Assembly (NCBI GenBank): GCA_964106645.2
Contig: OZ067039.1
Source of the DNA: Podarcis pityusensis
Taxonomy: Eukaryota
Length of the DNA stretch: 64,000 nucleotides
Direction: 5' to 3' (one strand)
The notes below the pieces were generated by a model, which saw only the letters and a list, made by a program, of their open reading frames with translations, was not told the DNA's origin and searched no databases. Below are positions 51,077 to 61,343 of this stretch, in pieces (positions within the stretch are counted from its first letter, which is position 1; each line of letters begins with the position of its first letter). Position numbers and translations under genes: made by a program.

Positions 51077-51569
51077 CAAAGGACTGTACTATCCCCATGG
51101 AAAACTATCTGGGGCTGCATTCCAGTCAGTGACACACAATCACCAAACACTTGACACAAAGCTATTTCCCCATTAAAACACACGCATACATTTAATTCTT
51201 AGTAACTCCAGTCAAGTTTCACCTTCCATTTTCACCTCCTCAAGATCCCCTCTTCGAGGGAGGCTGGTGTCAAGGGTGAGAGCCTTTTCAATTGTTGCTT
51301 CCCATTTGTGGAATGCTCTCCCACCTAGCATTTTCTTTAGCATGTTCACACAAAAACCTGATTCTCCACTGCTCGTTGTCTTCATTTCAGCATCCAAAGC
51401 AAGATTGGGGGGCGGGTGTGTGTGTTGCTGCCGCTAAACAATTTGTTAAACCATTCTAAATATGAAAGCCCAGCCAATCTACTGCTAACCACCAGCAGAT
51501 CCTAGTTTTATCTTTTGGCCACCCCCCCCCCCCAATACATAGCACCGCTTTTTGAAAACAGTAGCACAG

Positions 51570-51700
51570 TCTCCCCATGCCTGGTGGCCTTCCAGATGTT
51601 TTTGGGACTACAACTCCCATACTTCCTGACTAGTGGTGATGCTGAATGGCTCTGATGGGAGCTATAGTCCAACAACATCTGCAGGGACACAGATGGAGAA
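51570..51700. mobile_element. Hairpin MITE (same family)
   Basis: CAGATGTT...GGACTACAACTCCCAT...ATGGGAGCTATAGTCCAACAACATCTG. Confidence 0.7.
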
Positions 51701-54700
51701 AGTTGCAGTACTGGATAACAGGTTTCATCTGAAATCTTACTGGCTTGGAATCTGGAAAGAAAGCAGAAATATATGTATTGCATCCAGCACACTCTTATCA
51801 TGGTAGATTAATATGCATTATGCTGGCTTCAGCAATCAGACTTTGCTGTGTAGCTGTTGAATCGAATTGTTTTATACCACAATAGGAATTAAATGCATTT
51901 CTTTGCCCCTGTGAACATTTCCAGGAAGGGCTTTAAATGAGAAATCTGTTCTCTTTCACATCAGCATGTTTTACTGCAACCACTACCTGTCTACCAGTTT
52001 ATTTATTTGTGTGGTGGAATACTAGGCTCTTTTTTTGCTAATTTGCATTGTTAAAATAAGCTGGTTTTGTAGAATGTAGAGAGCACTCTTTTAGTGGTGC
52101 AAAGGAACAGGGAGATGCCAACTTGAAAGGATACTGGCGCCCAGCATGCAGCTGGGCACCAGAAAACGAAAAGGGAACAAAACGAAACAAATACTCTTGC
52201 CAGCGCTGCCTATGCTTCACAATGGAAGGGAAATGGGAGTTCTGTTTGCAGAGACAAAGGCACGGGTACCAAACAGTTGACTGTTAACCTCACCAGCCCA
52301 ATTCAATGTGACAGTGACACTTCACAGCACATTGCATCCAATCTCTTTTGAAGCTGACGAAGATTGTTTCTGTTTTATATCTATTGGTTTATTAATGGAC
52401 CACAGCCTCTTAAACAGATGCATATTCATTAGGTAGCCAGCTGTTCGGAGGTTCCCAGATGTCGAATGTAGCTTTGTCTTGGAATGTGTGTGTGCTTTTC
52501 TTTCTTTTCTTTTTTTTTTTAAAAAAAGCCCCTTATCATGAAACAAAGTAATTCAGGCCTATTAAAAGAGCTAGTTAATTACTAAACTGGTACCTTATGG
52601 CACCCAGTCATTCTTTTGCCCCTTTTTATGATTTGAGTCATAAAAACCCTGGGGACTTATTTAAGAAAGCCATCCAATACTTTAAAATGAAACACTACAG
52701 AATTTTAGACTCCTTTGTGTAATTGTATCTACTAGAAGAACTCACCTAAATTGGCAGCTGAGTTGTACATTATGGGCCAAGGTCAGAGATAGCACAGATT
52801 CTCAAAACTATGGGGTGGAAGCCTTACCCGCAATAGCCTAGAGAAACAAAAGTAGGCAATTTGCATTCAATCTCTGCTGTTGCCATTGAATATTGGACTT
52901 GAAGATTGGGGGGAAATGCAAAGAGAAATTCTAGCATGCCTATGGGAGGTTATGGTACATGCACGAGTAATATACACGGTACAGGTCTGTGCTGTAACTG
53001 GGTGAGAAGTATTCATGGCTCCTTTGTAATTATTTGTTTCATACAGTGAATTTCCCACACATTTGAGCAGTGCTAAGTCCCTTTTCAACAACAACCAAAC
53101 CTTCAACTTGAATGGGGAAGTAGAAATCCAAGAACTAGATATAATAGCTGCCATCAGAGGAATTGCTTCCTGCAGCTACAGCTTTGCCCTGCCCCATTCA
53201 TGGTTTTTATTTCCCCCACCCAAGCAGGCAACAAATCACTGGTTTGGAGCCAAGATGGCTCAGTCGAAGTGAGGATGTAAGAGCTCTAAAGGATAGAAAG
53301 GCCCTAATACCTAGTGGCCAGAAAATCATGGGACTGCAATGCTTCAACATTGCTACATAGCTGGATTCTGTTGCATAAGTAAAACCTTATCACGCAGATA
53401 TGCAACCAATCATGAGAGTCTCTTTTTAAGAATTACTTGTAATCACAATTTCTTACCTTACGTGGCTGTTTTGCTCCAGCTTTACACAAGCACTGGCTAA
53501 GGGCAGCTTTAATTGGGAATTTTCATTTTCCAGAGCCATTTTTCTACATTGGTGTTTCAAGACATAGCACTTCATTCCATGCATTATTGTCACATAAAGC
53601 CTTGTCAGAACTTGTCATAAAGTGACACATAAAATGGCCATGTTTGATACAGACACCAATGTTTGCCCAGCACAGGTCAGGCTGATCTTCCCTTGTTGCT
53701 TTTCTTGTGGAATAGCAGTTCATGGCTCTTGTTCCTTTGGCCAATGGGTGGTGTCAGAAGGATTACAAAATTGTGGGAATGGGAATGAGGGAGGAGTTTC
53801 TTCCTGGCAGCTGCTCTCCTCTTCCGTGGAAGGTCCCTCCCACCCACTTGAGAAAAAAAGAATATTCCTGATGCCTATCAGAATCTAGTTAGTGAAAAAG
53901 TAAAGGAAACACATTTGAACGCTTTTGCATCCCCCCTTCTTTTCCTAAGTGTCAAGAGTATCATATTCTTACCAATTTGACAGCTGAAAATGTATAGCCC
54001 AGTTGAATGCCAATTGAGCCCTAAGTCATCTAAGTGGGTTTAGTGGAACTTATTCCCAGGCAAACAGACACAAGATTGCAACCATAATAACTATTGGAAT
54101 ACAAATTAAAATGAGAGAAGAAAAATAGCCTTCCAAAGTAATTTGTAACTAAAAAACAGCAATTTGAGCACATTCCAAATCAAAGCTTTTATTACATTTC
54201 ATATTATACCTACACACACCTCAATCTGTGTTTCACTGCTTGCAGAATTTCAACTTGCTACTGTGGATAGAAAGTGGGTTTCACTTTTGGGAAAGTAAGA
54301 TGCAGCTTTGGAGTGAGAACCCAAGAGCCTAGTACACAAGCTATTTCAGGGAAGTGTGACACAACTAGGTGGCTTCTATTGGAACGTTGCAGAAAGCTGA
54401 AAGGACTATTGCTTTCCCAAATGTTGTTGGGGATCAAATGCAAGTCAAACTTTCTTTAAAACCTCCTCAGACATTTTGTAAATTCCAGAAATGCTATAAT
54501 ATTAAACACAGCCAAGAAGCAGCCTAGTATGGACTTGCAAGTGAACCTGCTACAAAGTAGTGCATTGTGGCAAGGTCCTTTTGACAGTTCTAGCCACCCA
54601 GCAACACTATTTTCCAGGATACTTCATTCCATTGCACCTCCCTCTGGTCCCTATTCAAGCAGTCAGCATTTTGTGACCAATGAACAGGTTAAATCCTCAT

Positions 54701-54863
54701 TAAGCAAATTTTTTGTTCCCCAACCCCACTTTTAAAGGTTTTTTTTAACAAACAAAAAAAATCTTCTCCTGCAAACATTGAGACCCTTCCATGCCTGCTA
54801 ATGTTTAGATGGTGCTGTTTGGGCTACATAAGGATCTAGACTCAGAGCGTGAGTCCACTATAG

Positions 54864-55562
54864 CAGTGGTTTTCAACCAGTGTGCCGTGGCCCCCTGGGG
54901 TCCCTTGAATGATGGTCAGGGGTGCAGTGGGCAACACTGGCCTCTGTCCCTCTTTCCTTCCCTCCCTCCTCTGATGCCCTCGTGTCTCTGCTTCCAAAAG
55001 GCTTGCACAGTTGTTTATTGCTGCAGCCCTGGCTATAAGCTCTGAAGGCAAATGGTGCCTCTAGATGGCACCTCTCTATGGAGTGGGGGCAGCTCAGAAA
55101 CCAGGGACAGCAGCAGCTACCTGGAGGACTCCCAAGGAGAGAAGAGGCTGAGGGAACACTCCACAAGGGAGGGTGTTCAAAAAAGGATGAGAAGTCGCAG
55201 GCTGGGGGCAACATAACTGGGCTCCTGAGCCCCTTAGCGTGATGCAGAAAGAAGGTACTGTATTTTTCGCTCTATAAGATGCACCAGACCACAAGACGCA
55301 CCTAGTTTTTGGAGGAGGAAAACAAGAAAAAAAATATTCTGAATCTCAGAAGCCAGAACAGCAACAGGAATCGCTGCGCAGTGAAAGCAGCGATCCCTCT
55401 TGCTGTTCTGGCTTCTGGGATAGCTCCGCAGCCTGCATTCGCTCCTTAAGACGCACACACATTTCCCCTTACTTTTTAGGAGGGAAAAAGTGAATCTTAT
55501 AGAGCAAAAAATACGGTAGTTGGTCAAAGGAGCGATGGACTCAAAAAGATTGAAAACCTCTG
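54864..55562. mobile_element. Non-autonomous hAT element with 8-bp TSD
   Basis: CAGTGGTTTTCAA...TTGAAAACCTCTG TIRs, with CACTATAG at 54856-54863 and 55563-55570. Confidence 0.88.
55258..55516. mobile_element. Mariner/Tigger-type MITE nested in the hAT element
   Basis: TA|CTGTATTTTTCGCTCTATAAGA...TCTTATAGAGCAAAAAATACGG|TA. Confidence 0.88.
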
Positions 55563-57000
55563 CACTATAGGATAACGGTTGCTGCACTGAATACCTAGGT
55601 AAGATAAAGTGTCCTGGAATACACATGTCTGGAAACCCGAAACCTGGGAGAATATAAATGGTTTTAAGCGCTGGTTACATTTATTGTTGATATCACCTTG
55701 AGTGCAGGATGCCTGCTTACATTATGCAAAAACTTCATTGATAAATCCCTCCTGCCCTCCTCCTCTCCACCAGAAGTGTCAAGCTCCTCTTTGCTGATGG
55801 ATCGAGATGAAACAGATGCTGCCATAAATACTCTTGTTTAGTGGTTTCAGATGCAGTTTCTGTTTTGTAGAACACACTGAGTGCTCAGGTTATCAGCAAG
55901 CGTGCACCTGTGCCGTTTATGCCTTTGCTAGGTCCTAGTGTTCTGCGATGGCATAGTAAATTCATTCCGAAGGATAGCCTTACAAAAAGACCCAAGCATA
56001 CTGCTCAAGTTGCATACAACATGATCATCTATTTTGGGTGGAAACTTACATACCAAGTACCTGATGAATGTGGGCCCTGTTGCCTTCTTCGTACAATCTT
56101 TTCTTATTTTTTACCTGCAAGTCCCATGACATCCCAATGTGAGCCTGTAAGACTGCCAAGCCTCTGAAGGTTGCTTTGCAACTATCTGCCATTTCTTTTT
56201 CCTCTGAGCAATTGTTTATTTTTGGGCAATTTGTGAGATCTGCACACCAAGGTGAATACTCTTGATACTACCATCCATGGTGGTTGACTGAACTTAACAC
56301 GATTATGTAGAGAAGCAAGCTTTAGGAGTATCCACTTTTATGGCTGTCCCTTTTCTTGAAAGTTTGACAATACATTTTTCACAAGCAAACACAAGTTACC
56401 GTATGCCCTAGCACTTTGTGGCCAGGTTTAAGAGGCACAGGTTTTCAATGTTTTTTTATGTCTGCTTTGAATGTGTCACTGTTACTGCCTGGACCCCTTT
56501 GGAAAGCAATAGGATTCAATCCCAGCGCAGAACTACTACCAAAATACTTGAAGAGTTTCACAACATTTCCTAAAGAAGTAAATCTAGTCCAGTTTCAACA
56601 CTACTTTGTTCCAACTTGCTTTTTGAAGCATTCTTTTAAAGCCTGAAGAGGCACATCCCAGCCTTTCATTGCATTGTATTGAGAATACATTATTGGATTT
56701 TGGTGCCTTGACATCGTAACAGTAGAACAAGGTTTTTAAAAACAGGTTTGACAACTTCTCCGTTCCCCCCGAAAACCGCTTTGCTCCCACCTCCTGCAGT
56801 TTTGTAGGTTCATTTTTATTTTATTTTTACCTTTTTTTTTTTTGCTTCTCAACATCTGTCACAAGACAAAACTTATGAAGACAATTCCCACAAAAAGTTC
56901 AAGGGTTTCAAAACTGGAGCTGAAGAGAAGGCGATCTGTCCCGCACAGCCAGTAAAGCTTGTCTTGATTACTTTGATGTAACAACACTTGAAAGCTCTAT

Positions 57001-57172
57001 NNNNNNNNNNNNNNNNNNNNNNNNNNNNNNNNNNNNNNNNNNNNNNNNNNNNNNNNNNNNNNNNNNNNNNNNNNNNNNNNNNNNNNNNNNNNNNNNNNNN
57101 NNNNNNNNNNNNNNNNNNNNNNNNNNNNNNNNNNNNNNNNNNNNNNNNNNNNNNNNNNNNNNNNNNNNNNNN
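57001..57172. other. Assembly gap (172 N)
   Basis: Run of N. Confidence 0.99.
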
Positions 57173-57369
57173 GCTGGAGTGGGTCAAGATATCTGCGCTG
57201 CTTCATTTTTAATTCCTAACAGTAGAGTCAGATAGGGAAGGCGGGAGATAAAAAGTCATTAAACAATTTTAAATTATTTATAAAAATTACTTTGCCCAAA
57301 TTATAATTATTTCTCCCCCCCCCCAACTGCTCTCATGAAATGTCAAATGGAATGAAAGGAGAAGCAGCC

Positions 57370-58800
57370 CCAACATTGTTTTTAATGAACACTTTAATGT
57401 TATGTATAACAGAACATTATGAATACAATGGAAATAAAGTTTTATCAATTTAATAATAATAAAAAATATCCAACATAAGAAAGGGGAGCCAATAAAGTTT
57501 CATACCTAGAATATAGTACTCATTCTCAGTAGCAGCCCTGGCTCTGTGAATATAAACTGAACCTCTGCATCCCAGACTAAAAATCATGATCTGTGTTTGA
57601 ACCTAAATGCAGAATCATAGCAGGAAAAGAAAAAGCCTTTAATTTATTCTTTCATTTCCTTTACTTTCATTAATTCATAAAATCTGACTGCTACAGGTTT
57701 CCTTTAATAATAATAATAATAATCTATATATTTATTCATTTATATATATTTATTTAATCCCTTTCTATTGGATTCCGCAATTGCTAAGGCCATATTTACA
57801 TAAAACAAGTGAAGTCACCAAATGTATAAAATTTAGAATCCAATGCTGTTGGATTAACAAAAAGTTTAGAGGTGTTCTTTCTTAATTTAAAGATGCTGTT
57901 TCTCTTTTTTTGTGTTGCAAGAAAAAAAAATTCTTGCATTTTGACTGTCAGTGATGTAAACAGTGACCCCAGAGACCCCAAGGGGGGCTGCCACTTTTCA
58001 CTGGAGTATGGCTGCAGAAAAACCACCCAAACCAAAACCCAACCATATATATATATTCTCTAGAGTTCTCTGAAAGGAAACCATACAGCAGTCTGAATGA
58101 AGTTTCTACCAGTTCTGCATTGCGTATTAAAGCAGAAAGAGGTAGGAAAACCCCACCCGTCCCACCCTATTCATCAGCAAATTGCTTAAAGAGGTCTATA
58201 ATAAAAATTTGGATAGTATAGCAGTGTTGCTGGAAGAGTAGCAAAAGTATATATACATTCCAGGTCCCTTTGAATTAGCCATAATCACATATGTAAGCCA
58301 TTTTTTTTTTTTTTGGACAAAAATATATATATATTCTTATAAAAAATTGATCAGCATACTTTGACTTCAAATTTGACTCAGTGGTAGGAAAAGGAACGGA
58401 TCCAATTATGATAAATAGATTCCAGGAGGGGAAAAAAGAAATCAAGTATAAAATTAGATTCACACAGATATACCCAGCCCCCAAATTCCAGAGTTTCCAC
58501 AAGTTTCAAAGTTAAAACTGGTTCTGCCATCTAAGAAAGGCTTTTAATTCTCTTGTTAAAAAACAAGGCCTAGTGATTGCAATATCAACCATATCACTCG
58601 GTGGAGGACGTTTTCTTCACCAAAACTTGAACAAAAGTAGGTTGGGAGTTTACAAAATGACCTTTGGGTTCTTTAGATGGGCTCCTTTAAAGTAAGCAAT
58701 AAAAGAAAAAGAGAAAGCATTTGATCAGCATTTTCAACCCTTATCCCAGCTTTATTTGTGCAGCTAAAATCCTTCATTCAATCTGATTGGTTTACAATCT
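57370..58800 (-). other. Probable CLINT1 3' UTR
   Basis: AT-rich, transposon-free stretch after the stop, with two ATTAAA hexamers on the - strand (57381-57386, 57393-57398). Confidence 0.55.
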
Positions 58801-59156
58801 TTATTTGCTAAAATTTGCAAAATTTGCAAAGGCATCTTGCTTAGGTTGCACAGTTCCGGGAGTCATGGAGGATGCCACAGCTATATTAGTAATGCCCATG
58901 CCCGACAAACCCATTCCAGAAGTTGGCATTGCCATGTTCACATTCATTCCCATCATGCCCTGGTTCATCATAGGTGTGCCTCCCATGGAAGCCATCCCGA
59001 TCGTGCCAGTCATCACAGTGGGCATTCCCATTCCCACAGGAACAGGCCCGCCCATCAATGGGTTTGCAGGAGGTCGAGCAGGCATCATGCTGGGTGGTGA
59101 GTTGAGGCTCATGGTTGCAAAATTCTGAGACATCACATTCATCGGTTGTTGCATAT
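58801..59156 (-). CDS. CLINT1: CLINT1 last coding exon (Met-rich tail)
   Basis: MQQPMNVMSQ...GTVQPKQDAFANFANFSK*, the characteristic epsinR C-terminus. Confidence 0.96.
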
Positions 59157-59995
59157 CTGCAGGGCAGAAATGAAGTTTTAAATGTTAAGGTGATTTTTTA
59201 TGATATTTCTATCATTCAAAGAAAATGCAAGTTTATTCCCACCCCACCCTTATTTAACGTATTGGCTGTATATTAAAAACAAAGCTGATCCTTAAAGGCA
59301 TCATCCAACATATTTCTATATGCCTGACAACTGAAGTCCAGCACAAATCCTAGTTGTCATAGTTCCCCTTCCTCCAATTCTCTTCTTTCTCCATGGCCAA
59401 ACCATGTTTCGTCTAGATACCCACTTATTTATTATGCTCAGGGATCCACAAATATAGTGTATTCCCTCTACATTAGATCTTTTTAAGCACAACTTTGCTA
59501 GTACCTGGTTCAGAAACTGGGGGAAAGGGAGAAGGAAATGAAAATTCTGTTGAACAAGAATCCCCTTTCACTGCTTGGGGGCTGACAGTTCAAGAGTTTG
59601 GGAGGAGACACCACAAAAAGCTTTTAAGGCTGCACTATATCATTAAATCAGGGTGAGGAAAATTCAAAGCACAAGCAGGCCAATATAGTTTGTGATCCAT
59701 CAAGCTGAAAATGGTTGGCTCACCAGCCACATGCTCTCTGGGATTGCAAAAACAAAAGGCAGAACCCAATGAATGGCTGGTCAATCAAAAGTTGTGCATA
59801 CTCAAGCAAGATAGTTTTTAAATAGTAGAAGGCTACGAAGCTGCAGATAATATACTCTGGTCACGAAAAAGAGAGAATTTATAGGTCTAGTGTTCTGGGT
59901 TTTTTTAACACCCACCCACCCACACTTTGATCAAGAATATATTGTGAGGAGTGACCTCATTGAAATACATGCACAGCAAGAATTGTATTACTTAC

Positions 59996-60200
59996 TTTGC
60001 TGCTGAATCATTGTGTTGAGTGATGGTTGCTGGGGCTTGGAAGGCTGCATACCAGGAACTAAATTGTCCAAACTGATATTTACACTAGGGTCTGACCAAG
60101 TGGATGGCAGGGTTTTGCCTACATTTTTGGGGACCATCTCTGTGCCCATATTATAAAGTGGATTAGGCTTCTGTATCATTGGGTTAACACCGTGCAAAGG
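59996..60200 (-). CDS. CLINT1: CLINT1 penultimate coding exon
   Basis: PLHGVNPMIQKPNPLYN...KTLPSTWSDPSVNISLDNLVPGMQPSKPQQPSLNTMIQQQ. Flanked by AG/GT with consistent phases. Confidence 0.93.
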
Positions 60201-61047
60201 CTAGAAGCATTAAAGAAAGAAAAAAAGATATCTTTAGAGTTATGCTACAAATTGCCAAACAGTATTTTACAGCTATAATTTATCAGAGAGAGGAGTTCAT
60301 CCAGTCTTCATAAAGAGAAACAGATGGACATTTATGTTCTCCTAAGAGAACTGAAGAAAGTTGAAGTTCATGCTCATAAAATTCTCAAGAGCATCTCTTT
60401 AAGTACTTTACCTATCATCTGGTAGTCTTCTGGAGCTGTGCCAAGAGTGGTAATTCAGAAGTGCCTTGCCCCCCCCCCACCTTACCTAAAAATACTTTCT
60501 CTGAACCATCCTTCTATTTTAGATGCTTTGGAAAATTAGTTTTCTTCTTCTTACATTTACAGTATATTCCTCCTTTCTTCCATCATGGAACCCACACAAG
60601 TAATTTCTATGAGGTCTTGCACTGACCAGACCCTGACTTGCTTAATTTCAGTAGGTTAGTGGCCTCATGTGACTTCAGACCATACCTGATCAACTAGTTG
60701 CTAAGTTTCCCAAGTCCAAAGACTTGTTTTCAATAGTCAACTACTCTCAAACTGGGTAAAACTATATGTGAGCCAGTTTGTCAGAAACAGGTGGCACTCC
60801 CCACCCTCATCCCCCTTGCTACAATCAAAGTGTCACAAGTTTGACGCCTTCCTTATGTTCTAAACTCTTAGATTGCTTTAGATGTTTCCTCTCTCAATTT
60901 ACTTAAATCTTGAAGAAAAGAGGGGCCAGTGAAGCAAAAAGGCAAGAAACACTTTCAGAGCCACAGAAAAGATGCTTTAAGTTAAGCGTGTGTCAAAACT
61001 ATCCGTTGAGTAAACAGTAGTCAAGGGACTGCAGAACAGCACCATAC

Positions 61048-61343
61048 CTGTGACCTTGACATAGGTAGATTGATGCTGACAGTGCTGGAACCCATCATAG
61101 ATAAATTCATGCTTTGGGAAGAGGTCATGGTGGCTTGGGAGGTACCCATCAAATCAAAGAGGTCAGAAGGATTTGAAGCAGCTGGAGGCTGGCCAAGGCT
61201 CTGCTGAGCAGAGCCACCAAAGAGCTCAACAGCTGGCTGAGCAGAGCCACCAAAGAGCTCTCCAGCTGAAGCAGCAGGGCTTGGAGAGGTTTGGTTGAAG
61301 GCACTCCAGTCGCCAAACTCTCCATTCCCACTTGCAGTTGTAC
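61048..61343 (-). CDS. CLINT1: CLINT1 (clathrin interactor 1 / epsinR) third-last coding exon
   Basis: GNGEFGDWSAFNQ...PPAASNPSDLFDLMG...LPMSRSQ. Acceptor TCCCCAG, donor CAG|GTATGG. Confidence 0.93.
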
